Shown piece after piece: positions 1 through 8,367 of a stretch of DNA of 64,000 nucleotides. The notes beneath the pieces are model-generated. The model searched no databases and was not told the DNA's origin. It saw only the letters and a list, made by a program, of their open reading frames with translations. Numbering within the stretch: position 1 is the first letter of the stretch; each line of letters begins with the position of its first letter. The stretch covers positions 38,946 through 102,945 of the forward strand of contig JAEYWK010000186.1 in NCBI GenBank assembly GCA_023431345.1, given 5' to 3'. The stretch comes from Pseudomonadota bacterium. GTDB lineage: Bacteria > Myxococcota_A > Polyangia > Polyangiales > Polyangiaceae. The position numbers were made by a program, and so were the translations under genes.

Positions 1-59
1 GCTAGCTTCCGCCCGGGCTTGCTGGTCGCCCGACCAGCTGTTTCTCGGGAGTCAAGAGG

Positions 60-959
60 ATGTCGCGAACCCTTCAGTTACTGGTATCGCTCGGCGCTGT
101 AGCGACGAGCTCCTTGTTGTCCGGCGTCGCTTTCGCCCAAGACGATCTCGGCGTGCCGCCGCCCGAAGCCGAGAAGGTCGCGGCCGGCCCCGGCCCCGCG
201 CCCGACGCACCCCAGATCACGACCGCGCCGGAGGGCACCACCGCCTCGATCTCCGCCGGTGGCTTGAGCTCGAGCGGTAACTCGAAGCTCGTGGCGTTCA
301 CCACGAGCGGCAACTACGACTGGCGGCGTGGCGCCAACGGCGTCGGCGCGTCACTCGTGGGCAACTACGGTAAGAGCGCGCCGCCCGACGGCGAGATGGA
401 GACGACCACTGAAAACCTGCAGGGTCGCCTCCGCTACGACCGCTACCTGATCGAAGACGCATCGGTGTTCCTGTTGGTCACCGGTCGCCACGACCGCTTC
501 CAGGGCCTGGCTTTCCGGCTCAACCTCGACCCTGGCTTCAAGTACCTGTTCGTCAACCGGCCGAAGACGCAGCTGTGGGCGGAAGTCGGTTACGACTTCC
601 AGTACGACACGCGCACCAGTGAAGCGCGCAACGTGCTCGACGCCGACGGCATGGTGATAGATAGGCTCGACAAGCACGAGACCGACCACTCGGCGCGCGC
701 TTTCCTCGGCTTCAAGCACGCGTTCAACGACGACGTCGCCCTGGCGAACGGCATCGAATACCTGCAAAGCTTCGTGGACGGCGAGCGCTATCGCTTCAAC
801 TACGACGTGCTCTTCACGGCCAAGGTCTGGGGTGATCTGGCGCTCGGCGTCGGCTTCAACGCCCGCTACGACAACACTCCGCTGCCGGAGAAGGTCAAGC
901 TCGATACGACGAGCACCCTCAGCCTGGTCTATTCCTTCACCAACGTGGTCCAGGAATGA
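60..959 (+). CDS. Secreted outer-membrane-type beta-rich protein, DUF481/YdiY-like
   Basis: Clear N-terminal signal peptide (MSRTLQLLVSLGAVATSSLLSGVAFAQ). Alternating hydrophobic pattern with many Y/D/R. YDRY / GYDFQYD motifs resemble the DUF481 family. Stop is followed by mscL. Confidence 0.5.
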   Translation: MSRTLQLLVSLGAVATSSLLSGVAFAQDDLGVPPPEAEKVAAGPGPAPDAPQITTAPEGTTASISAGGLSSSGNSKLVAFTTSGNYDWRRGANGVGASLVGNYGKSAPPDGEMETTTENLQGRLRYDRYLIEDASVFLLVTGRHDRFQGLAFRLNLDPGFKYLFVNRPKTQLWAEVGYDFQYDTRTSEARNVLDADGMVIDRLDKHETDHSARAFLGFKHAFNDDVALANGIEYLQSFVDGERYRFNYDVLFTAKVWGDLALGVGFNARYDNTPLPEKVKLDTTSTLSLVYSFTNVVQE

Positions 960-1023
960 TGGCGCTCTCGTCTCATTCTTGAAACCGAAGGGTCGCTACT
1001 AATAGTACGAGAGCGAGGCCAGC

Positions 1024-1461
1024 ATGTCGTTCATCGATGATTTCAAGAAGTTCGCGTTCAAAGGCAACGTGGTCGATCTCGCGGTCGGCGTGGTGATCGG
1101 CGGCGCCTTCGGCAAGATCGTGTCGGCGCTGGTGGCCGACTTGGTGATGCCGCTGGTCGCGCTGGTGCTGCCGAGCGGCGACTGGCGCACCAGCGGCTAC
1201 GTGCTGAAGGAAGCGGCGGATCCGAAAGACAACGTGGTGCTCAACTACGGCGACTTCATCGGCGCCGTGCTCGATTTCTTCGTGGTCGCGCTGGTGCTGT
1301 TCCTGATCGTGAGCCGCCTCATCAAGGCCGCGGAGGGCCGCTTCGGGAAGCCCGCCGCGCCCGCCGCGCCCACGACGAAAGAGTGCCCGGCCTGCTGCGA
1401 GCAGGTGCCGCTCAAGGCTACCCGGTGCAAGTTCTGCACGAGCCAGCTCGAAGCGGCGTAG
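1024..1461 (+). CDS. mscL: Large-conductance mechanosensitive channel MscL with C-terminal Cys4 extension
   Basis: N-terminus MSFIDDFKKFAFKGNVVDLAVGVVIGGAFGKIVSALVADLVMPLV is the canonical MscL TM1 signature. Second TM FIGAVLDFFVVALVLFLIV. Tail carries CPACC...CKFC. Confidence 0.85.
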   Translation: MSFIDDFKKFAFKGNVVDLAVGVVIGGAFGKIVSALVADLVMPLVALVLPSGDWRTSGYVLKEAADPKDNVVLNYGDFIGAVLDFFVVALVLFLIVSRLIKAAEGRFGKPAAPAAPTTKECPACCEQVPLKATRCKFCTSQLEAA

Positions 1462-1701
1462 CGTCGGCGGCGTGCACGGTGCTCGGCACCGCGCCCGCCA
1501 GCGTGGCGGCGCGAAGCGCTGTTCGTGTTCGTTGGCAAGCGCGGACACACCATGAAAGTCGTGGCGAGGGACGGCGCTGGCGCCATCATCGTGCGTAACG
1601 GCCAATTGGTCGGCTGCGGCCGCTCGGGTTGGAGGTGCGGGCAGGTGTGCCGAAGTGTGTGATTTTTCCGGGGTTTTCTCGGGCTGTCTCGGAATGAGCC
1701 T

Positions 1702-1715
1702 TCAGAAACTTCTGA
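1702..1715. promoter_or_regulatory. Perfect 6-2-6 inverted repeat TCAGAAacTTCTGA about 20 nt upstream of motA-like start
   Basis: Read directly in the 274-nt intergenic region between mscL and the MotA-like gene. Candidate operator or protein-binding site. Confidence 0.3.
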
Positions 1716-1735
1716 GACGGCCGTCGTGAGTACCA

Positions 1736-2593
1736 GTGTCCACCATCATTGGGCTCTTGGTCGTGTTTGGCAGCGTGCTGGGTGGCTTCGCCATGTCGGG
1801 CGGCGCCTTCGGCATCCTGTTCCAGCCCAACGAGTTCATCGTGATCGGGGGCGCGACGATCGGGACGGTGGTCATCTCCGCGCCGGGCAAGGTGCTGAGC
1901 CGCGTGACGCATGCGCTCAAGAAGGGCTTCAAGAGCGCGGCGCCGGTCAAGTCCGACTACATGGATTTGCTCAAGCTGCTCTACCAGATCCTCGCGCTGA
2001 TTCGCCGCGAGGGCGTGCTGGCGCTCGAGCCGCACGTCACCGACCGCGCCACGAGCTCATTGTTCAACGCCTATCCGAGCGTGATGCAGCGCCATCACGC
2101 GGCTGACTTCCTCGTCGACGGCCTGAAGCAGCTGGTCGACGGCTGCTCTGCCGAAGAGCTCTCGCTGCTGTTCGACGCCGAGCTCGAGACCCACCACGAC
2201 GAAGAGCACCAGCCGATCGGCTTGATCCGCACCGCTGGTGACGCTCTGCCTGGCCTCGGCATCGTTGCCGCCGTGCTCGGCATCGTGATCACCATGGGTC
2301 ATTTGGATGGTGGTCCCGAGGTCATCGGACACCACGTCGCGGCCGCGCTCGTCGGCACCTTCCTCGGCATTTTGCTGTGTTACGGCCTGGTCTCCCCGCT
2401 CGCGACCAGCATCGAGATTCAGGGCAACGCCGAGAGCCGCTTCATGCTCTGCATCAAGGAAGCGATCGTCGCCGCCGCGCGCGGCGTCAATCCGCAGATC
2501 GCCATCGAGTTTGCCCGCCGCAGCATCTTCTCCGACGAGCGCCCCACCGGGCCCGAGCTCGAGAAGGCCTTCGCGGAGTTGAAGGGCAAGTAA
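1736..2593 (+). CDS. MotA/TolQ/ExbB-family proton-channel stator subunit (AglR/MotA-like)
   Basis: MSTIIGLLVVFGSVLGGFAMSGGAFGILFQPNEFIVIGGATIGTVVISAP N-terminus and C-terminal TM pair (LPGLGIVAAVLGIVITM...LVGTFLGILLCYGLV) are typical of MotA. Stop TAA shares its last A with the ATG of the downstream MotB-like gene. Confidence 0.8.
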   Translation: MSTIIGLLVVFGSVLGGFAMSGGAFGILFQPNEFIVIGGATIGTVVISAPGKVLSRVTHALKKGFKSAAPVKSDYMDLLKLLYQILALIRREGVLALEPHVTDRATSSLFNAYPSVMQRHHAADFLVDGLKQLVDGCSAEELSLLFDAELETHHDEEHQPIGLIRTAGDALPGLGIVAAVLGIVITMGHLDGGPEVIGHHVAAALVGTFLGILLCYGLVSPLATSIEIQGNAESRFMLCIKEAIVAAARGVNPQIAIEFARRSIFSDERPTGPELEKAFAELKGK

Positions 2594-3504
2594 TGGCGGG
2601 CGCAGCTCCCGGCGGCGGTGCCCGCGTCATCATCATCAAGAAGAAGGCCAAGGGCCACGGCGGGCATCACGGCGGCGCCTGGAAGGTCGCCTACGCCGAC
2701 TTCGTGACCGCCATGATGGCGTTCTTCATGGTGATGTGGCTACTGGCGCAGACCGATCAGGCTGCCCGCCAGCAGCTCTCGGAGTACTTCCGCACGGGCG
2801 TGTTCTCGGGCGCGCCTTCGGTGCTGAACGGTGGTAGCGGCATCCAGAACAAGGCGTATTTCGACGTGGTCGGTCAGTCGTCGGTGCAGCCGGAGGCTCA
2901 AGCCTTCGAGCGCGTCGCGGCCGCCGTGCGCGCCGCCATGCAACGCGCGCTGTCGGAAGATCCTTCGCTCAAGAAGCTAGCCGACCAGCTCAAGGTCAGC
3001 GTCACCGAAGAAGGCCTACTGATCCAGATCCTGGACGGCAGCGGCGACGACCTGCTCTTCGATCGCTCGTCGGCGGACTTGAAGCCGCGGCTCCAGGAGC
3101 TGCTGGCGGCGATCGCGCCCATCCTCGGCCGCCTCGACAACAAGATTCAAATCCACGGCCATACCGACGCCAAGCCGTTCCCCACCGGCTCGAACCGCTC
3201 GAACTGGCAGCTCTCCTTCGAGCGCGCCGACCAGGCGCGCTTGGTGCTGGAGAAGAGCGGCTTGAAGAAGGGCCAGGTCGGCGGCGTGTTCGCGCACGGC
3301 TCCTCGGCGCTCTACGCTCCCAAGGACCCGTACGCGCCCGAAAACCGTCGCCTGGCGATCCTGGCCGTGCGTCGCGGCATGGAGAAATACGCGGCCCAGG
3401 GCACGACGACCGCCAAGCAAATCAAAGAGGCCGAGCACGACAAGCCCGCGGCCCCCAGTACGCGGCCCGCGCTGCATTCGCCCGTCGAGTCGGAAGAGAA
3501 TTAG
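2593..3504 (+). CDS. MotB-like stator subunit with C-terminal OmpA/MotB peptidoglycan-binding domain
   Basis: Start MAGAAPGG at taATG overlap with upstream stop. One TM (FVTAMMAFFMVMWLL). OmpA-like block LLFDRSSADLKPRLQELL...IQIHGHTDAKPF...SNWQLSFERADQARLVL. The tabulated ORF 2377..3504 includes a spurious 72-aa Arg-rich N-extension. Confidence 0.8.
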   Translation: MAGAAPGGGARVIIIKKKAKGHGGHHGGAWKVAYADFVTAMMAFFMVMWLLAQTDQAARQQLSEYFRTGVFSGAPSVLNGGSGIQNKAYFDVVGQSSVQPEAQAFERVAAAVRAAMQRALSEDPSLKKLADQLKVSVTEEGLLIQILDGSGDDLLFDRSSADLKPRLQELLAAIAPILGRLDNKIQIHGHTDAKPFPTGSNRSNWQLSFERADQARLVLEKSGLKKGQVGGVFAHGSSALYAPKDPYAPENRRLAILAVRRGMEKYAAQGTTTAKQIKEAEHDKPAAPSTRPALHSPVESEEN

Positions 3505-3578
3505 GGCGCAGCGCTGAATCGGGACGGCGCGCGCGTGCCTGGCGCCCGCCAAAACCAGCCGCCCCCGCCGCCTACGCG

Positions 3579-4490
3579 CTAGCGGGCAGGCAGCAGCTCG
3601 ACGAGGCCCGCACCGGTTTCGAGGGCCGCGTCGAGCACGAGCGCGGTGCTTTGGCCGTCGGGGCCCAGATCGATCACGTAGCGCCAGCACGGACCCGCGA
3701 AGCTCGAGGTCAGCGCGCTCAAGACGCCGGCGGCGTGAGTCGGGGTCGCGGTGGCGCCGCGGGCCGCTACCGCCTGCGCGAACGCCTCGTGGTTACGACA
3801 GACGGTGGCGGTCAAGCGCCGCCCGCCAGGTCGCGAAGCGTCGCTATCGACGATGACGCCGTCGACCAAGCGCAGCTGGGCCGTACAGGCGAGCAGCAGC
3901 TGGCGGGTGCCCGGGCTCTCACTGCCGTCACCGAGCGCCACGAGCAAGCGGCGCTGGCTGGCCGCTCGCTCGACGACGGCCAGCACGAGGCTCTCGGCGG
4001 GAGCGTCGAGCCCCAGCAGCGGCTCCTCGAGGCACAGCGTGTGCGGCTGCGTCAGCGCTGCGTGCGCGACGAGCAGCGCGCGGCGCTCGGCGAGCTGCAA
4101 GTGCGCCAGGCGCTTGCTGGAGAGCGACGCCAGGCCCAGCTGCTCGAGCGTCTGAAAGGCGACGCGCCCGGACTGCCTTCGGCTCATGCCGGCGAGCTCG
4201 GCGCTGCTGGCCAAGAGCTGCTCGGCGCTCCAGGCGCCGGGCAGCACCGGATCCAGGCGCATCAAGCCGACGCGCCCTGTTTCCACCGCGAGCGGGAGCT
4301 CGGCGCCGGCGATCGACAGCGTGCCGGCCGCGAGCGCCGCCTCGCCCGAGAGCAGGCGAAACAGCGCCGACCAGTCGCCGAGCAGCGCCACTCGCGGCTC
4401 CGCGCTTCGCACCGAGAGCCGGGTCAAAAGTGGCTGCCCCAGGACGTCGATGCGCGCGTCCTCCGCGGCGAAGGTCAGGGCTTCAGTCAA
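3579..4490 (-). CDS. Degenerate ABC-ATPase-like protein (Walker A, signature and Walker B all substituted)
   Basis: Alignable to the ABC NBD fold. RVALLGDWSALFRLLSGE sits in place of GxxGxGKST. LQLAERRALLVAHAAL in place of LSGGQRQRVALARAL. LCLEEPLLGLD in place of LLLDEPTxGLD. Overlaps the SppA stop by 8 nt (co-transcribed). Confidence 0.5.
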   Translation of the reverse strand: MTEALTFAAEDARIDVLGQPLLTRLSVRSAEPRVALLGDWSALFRLLSGEAALAAGTLSIAGAELPLAVETGRVGLMRLDPVLPGAWSAEQLLASSAELAGMSRRQSGRVAFQTLEQLGLASLSSKRLAHLQLAERRALLVAHAALTQPHTLCLEEPLLGLDAPAESLVLAVVERAASQRRLLVALGDGSESPGTRQLLLACTAQLRLVDGVIVDSDASRPGGRRLTATVCRNHEAFAQAVAARGATATPTHAAGVLSALTSSFAGPCWRYVIDLGPDGQSTALVLDAALETGAGLVELLPAR

Positions 4491-7026
4491 CGCTGGTGAG
4501 CTCCATACGTGCGAGCGGCTTGTCGGCAGGGTGCACGACGAACGGGCCGAGCGCGCGCACCATGTCCATCATCTGGGGCGGCAAGACTTGAAGGTGAGCG
4601 GGCAGCTGCGCGCTCACGCCTTCGATGCCCAGCAGGCGGCCGACGAGGCTCGTGTCGACGGGCGGCAGCTCCTGGATCGGCGCATGATCGGTCAACCCGG
4701 CGAGCTTGCGCGCGGCAGCCAGCGCTTGGCGTAGGCCGCCGAGCTCATCGACCAACTTGTGCGCAAGCGCTTGCTCGCCGGTCCACACTCGCCCCTGACC
4801 GACCGCGTCTACCTGCTCTTTCGTCAGGTTGCGGCCCTCCGAAACGCGCTGCAAAAACACGTCGTAAAACTGCCAGACCTTGCGTTTGAGCTCGACCTTC
4901 TCTTCGTCCGTGAAGGGCCGGAACAGCGACTCGGCGTCGGCGCGGGGCGTCGTCTTGTAGACCTCGACGTTGACGCCCAGCTTCCTCAGCAGCTCCGAGA
5001 CGTCGGCCTTGCCGTAGAAGATGCCGATGCTGCCGGTGATGGTGAGCGGGTTCGCGAACACGCGCGTGCCCGGCGAGGCGATGTAGTAGCCACCGCTGGC
5101 GGCCGCGGTGCCCATGCTGACCACGACCGGCTTCACCTTCGTGGTGCGCTCGATTTCGCGCCAGATCACGTCGGCGGCCATGGCCGAGCCTCCGCCCGTT
5201 TCGATGCGCAGCACCACCGCGCCGACCATCGGGTTCTCGCGCGCTTGCTTGATTGACTCGGCCACCGTGTACGAGCCCACGAGCTTCATGCCCACGAGCG
5301 GGATGGTTTGGCTGCGACCGTCGATCATGTCGCCGTCGACGTAGATGAGCGCGATGCCAGGGGTGGCGCCGTTGAACTCGTCCGCGTACGGTCCGCGATC
5401 GTCGTCGATCAGGCGCACCGGTTGCCCGAGGAGGCGCGAGGTCTCCGCTTCGAGCTGGTCGTCGAAGGCGTAGCCATCGACGAAGCCGGCCGTCTTCGCC
5501 TCGATCGAAACGAACGGCCCCTTGGCGACGCGGGCGCGCACTTCCTCCGGCTTCAGGTTGCGGCCATGCGCGATGCCGAGCGTGAGGTGCTTTTCGTGCT
5601 GTTGCAGCAGGTCGACCTTGTCGTTACGGGCGACCTCCGACGAGCCGCTGCGCGTGAACGCTTCGGGCGCGCTCTTGTGCGCGCCGATGCGCACGAAATC
5701 GGCCTTGATGCCGAGCTTGTCGAGCAAGCTCGCGTAGTAGAAGTAGCGCGCGCGCAGGCCGGCGAAGCGGATGCCGCCCGCCGGGTTGACCAGGATGCGA
5801 TCTGCGGCGGAGCACAGGTAGAGCGACGAGCCGTCCGCGTCCTCGAGATGGCAAAGCACCTTCTTGCCGGAGCGCCGCAGCAGGTACACGGCGTCGCGCA
5901 GCTCTTGCACGTGCGCCATCGAGCCGGCAGGCGCCGTGCGGAGCTCGAGCACCACCGCGCCGATGCCGGGCTCGTGCTCGGCGATTTGCCAAAGGTGCCG
6001 CAACAGGGCGGTGTGCTCGCGCACGCCCGGCGTGCTCTCGAGCCGAATGCGCAGACCGAACGTAGGCGGCGTCGAGCCCGACGGCTCGCGGTAGCCCTTG
6101 AAGGCGACGTCGAGCGCCAGGTTCTCGTGCGCCTTGCCGCTCACGTTGCGGCCGAGCGCGCCGCCGAACAGGCTGCCGCCCGACAGCTCCATCGAGCCGG
6201 ACGTGCCGTTCAGGTAAAACGACATGGTGGCGCTGGCGAGCCATTCATCCCGCCTGATGCCGTCGTCGGGATCCATCAGCGTCAGGCCGCCGCGTAGGCG
6301 CCCGAGCTGCGGAATATCGAGGCCCAACGTGGCAGAGGGAGCCCAGGTGGCGCGCTCTCGCGCGTCGACGACCTTGCCTTCGAGGCCAATCTCCAGCGCG
6401 CGGCTGCGCAGCGGGCGCACCGCCACCGCCAAGTCGAACGTGCGATCGATGGAGCCGCCGGCGGCGTTCTTGGGTGCGTTGATGTCGCTGGCGACGAACG
6501 ACATTCCGAAGTAGTCGGACGGGCGCGTGGTCAAGCCTGCGGACCAGCCGAACAAGCCGTGCGCCTGGCTCAAATCGGAGTACGAGCGCTGGAGTGAGAA
6601 GCCCACCGCGAAGCTGTCGCTCGGGTGCACGGCGAGGCCCCACGTGACCCATTGATATAGCTTGTCGCCTGCGAAGAGGGGACCGGGGCCGCCCTCGGGC
6701 GGGCTGATCAGATCGACGCGCACGCCCGTCGCCGCGTTCACGAACGGAATGGGGAACGCGAAGGCCAGCGCGTGACCTTGCCAAGGGATGCGCGCGTCTT
6801 CGTTCAGGTACACGCTCGACCAGCGCAGCTCGCTCGCGGGCAAGAACGCGAGGCTCGCCGGGTTTTGTACGAGGGCGCTCGAGTCTTCGTTGCTGACGGG
6901 GTTTTTACCGAACACCGGCTGCCGCGTCGGCTGATTCGTCGGGTATTGAGCGAGGGCGGACGCCGCGAGCAGCGAGCTCGCGGTGAGCATGAGACCAAAA
7001 TTTCCGGCGGCTCGAAGGCGGGTCAT
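4483..7026 (-). CDS. sppA: Signal peptide peptidase SppA (protease IV, S49, two-domain 67K type) with about 330-aa N-terminal beta-rich extension
   Basis: Signal peptide MTRLRAAGNFGLMLTASSLLAASALAQ. Two tandem S49 modules (GAVVLELRTAPAGS...KSAPEAFTR and GAVVLRIETGGGSAMAADV...MGTAAASGGYYIASP...ITGSIGIF). The N-terminal 330 aa has an alternating beta-strand-like pattern and no similarity to the normal short TM anchor. Confidence 0.8.
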   Translation of the reverse strand: MTRLRAAGNFGLMLTASSLLAASALAQYPTNQPTRQPVFGKNPVSNEDSSALVQNPASLAFLPASELRWSSVYLNEDARIPWQGHALAFAFPIPFVNAATGVRVDLISPPEGGPGPLFAGDKLYQWVTWGLAVHPSDSFAVGFSLQRSYSDLSQAHGLFGWSAGLTTRPSDYFGMSFVASDINAPKNAAGGSIDRTFDLAVAVRPLRSRALEIGLEGKVVDARERATWAPSATLGLDIPQLGRLRGGLTLMDPDDGIRRDEWLASATMSFYLNGTSGSMELSGGSLFGGALGRNVSGKAHENLALDVAFKGYREPSGSTPPTFGLRIRLESTPGVREHTALLRHLWQIAEHEPGIGAVVLELRTAPAGSMAHVQELRDAVYLLRRSGKKVLCHLEDADGSSLYLCSAADRILVNPAGGIRFAGLRARYFYYASLLDKLGIKADFVRIGAHKSAPEAFTRSGSSEVARNDKVDLLQQHEKHLTLGIAHGRNLKPEEVRARVAKGPFVSIEAKTAGFVDGYAFDDQLEAETSRLLGQPVRLIDDDRGPYADEFNGATPGIALIYVDGDMIDGRSQTIPLVGMKLVGSYTVAESIKQARENPMVGAVVLRIETGGGSAMAADVIWREIERTTKVKPVVVSMGTAAASGGYYIASPGTRVFANPLTITGSIGIFYGKADVSELLRKLGVNVEVYKTTPRADAESLFRPFTDEEKVELKRKVWQFYDVFLQRVSEGRNLTKEQVDAVGQGRVWTGEQALAHKLVDELGGLRQALAAARKLAGLTDHAPIQELPPVDTSLVGRLLGIEGVSAQLPAHLQVLPPQMMDMVRALGPFVVHPADKPLARMELTSVD

Positions 7027-7044
7027 GGCGGCCCCGCATTCTTA

Positions 7045-8340
7045 TCACTGGATACGCGGTAAACGCACCGAGAACGTCGAGCCACGGCCCTCGGTGCTCT
7101 CGACGCTGACCGTTCCGCCCGCCTGTTGGACGATGCTGTAAACGGTGGAGAGGCCGAGCCCGGAGCCGTGCGCTTTCGTCGTGAAGAACGGCTCGAACAC
7201 GCGGTCGCGCGTCGCGGCGTCCATGCCTGCCCCCTGGTCCGTGACCGTGAGTAGCGCGTGGTCTTCCTCGACCGAGAGGGCTAGCGTCACCTCATCACCC
7301 TGAGGCGAGCCGGCGCTGGCGTCGCGCGCGTTGATGACCAGATTCAAGATCACTTGCTCGATCTGGCTAGGGTCGACGCTGACCAGCACCGCGCCGCTCG
7401 GGCGATGCACGCTCAGCGTCGCTTGCCCGCGTACGAGGGTGCCGAGCATGGGCTCGAGCTCGCGCAGGGTGCGCGATAGATCGACGGGGCGCGGCGCCGG
7501 ATTTTTGGCCTTGGCGAAGGTGAGCAGTTGCTGCACGAGCCTCGCCCCGCGTTGCCCGGATTCGACCACCTCGCCCAGCGCCTCATCGAGCTCGCGGTCA
7601 CCGGGGCGGTCGACCCGCAGCGACTCGATCTTCAGCATCATCGCTTGGAGCACGTTGTTGAAGTCGTGGGCCACGCCGGCGCTCATGCGGCTGAGCGCCG
7701 CCATGCGCTCGGCCTTCGCCAAGCGCTCGCGCTGCTCGGCCATGGCGGCCTCGACGTCGAGGCGCGTCGCTTGCTCGAGCAGCAGCGCCACCAAGTCGGC
7801 CAGGGCGGCCGCGAAATGGCGGTCGCGGGAAGTCCATTCGCGGGGCGCTCCGGTGTGCTCGTGTCGCACCACCCCCACCACCTGCCCGAGCCGGAAGACG
7901 GGGGCGTCGAGCGAGGCGCTGATGCCGTTCGGGTCGAGGTAGCTCGACGTCAGCGTGGCGTTCATCGCGCCGCCCCCCGGCTCCGGCAGTGAGAGCACGC
8001 GCCGGGCCTCGAGCGCCTCGAGGTAGCCTGGCAGCTGGGCCAGCTCCAAGCGGAGCCCGCTCGAGCTGCGATCTTGGCTCAGCTCGTACAGGGTCGCGCA
8101 GGTCAGCTGCGTCCCGTCGGCGGAGATGAACCAGACTCCCGTCCGCTCGACGCCCATTGCGCGGGCGCTGGTCTTGCAGGCTTGCGCGAGGGCCCGGGTC
8201 AGCTCGTCGGCGTGGCTCAGCGCGATGCGCGACAGCCCGAGCCGTGTGGCATCGAACAGTGAGCTCGTCTGCGATCCGTCCGTCACTACTTTCAGCCTAC
8301 TACGGCCGGAAGCTAGTTTGGGAAAGGCCCGCTTCGTCAC
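7045..8340 (-). CDS. Sensor histidine kinase with N-terminal GAF-like domain
   Basis: HisKA H-box (AHDFNNVLQAM). HATPase_c (DQGAGMDAATRDRVFEPFFTTKAHGSGLGLSTVYSIVQQAGGTVSVES). N-terminal 180 aa is GAF-like. Sits directly upstream of sppA on the same strand. Confidence 0.8.
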   Translation of the reverse strand: MTKRAFPKLASGRSRLKVVTDGSQTSSLFDATRLGLSRIALSHADELTRALAQACKTSARAMGVERTGVWFISADGTQLTCATLYELSQDRSSSGLRLELAQLPGYLEALEARRVLSLPEPGGGAMNATLTSSYLDPNGISASLDAPVFRLGQVVGVVRHEHTGAPREWTSRDRHFAAALADLVALLLEQATRLDVEAAMAEQRERLAKAERMAALSRMSAGVAHDFNNVLQAMMLKIESLRVDRPGDRELDEALGEVVESGQRGARLVQQLLTFAKAKNPAPRPVDLSRTLRELEPMLGTLVRGQATLSVHRPSGAVLVSVDPSQIEQVILNLVINARDASAGSPQGDEVTLALSVEEDHALLTVTDQGAGMDAATRDRVFEPFFTTKAHGSGLGLSTVYSIVQQAGGTVSVESTEGRGSTFSVRLPRIQ

Positions 8341-8367
8341 GCGGATTTCGGGTTAGATTGATGGGGT

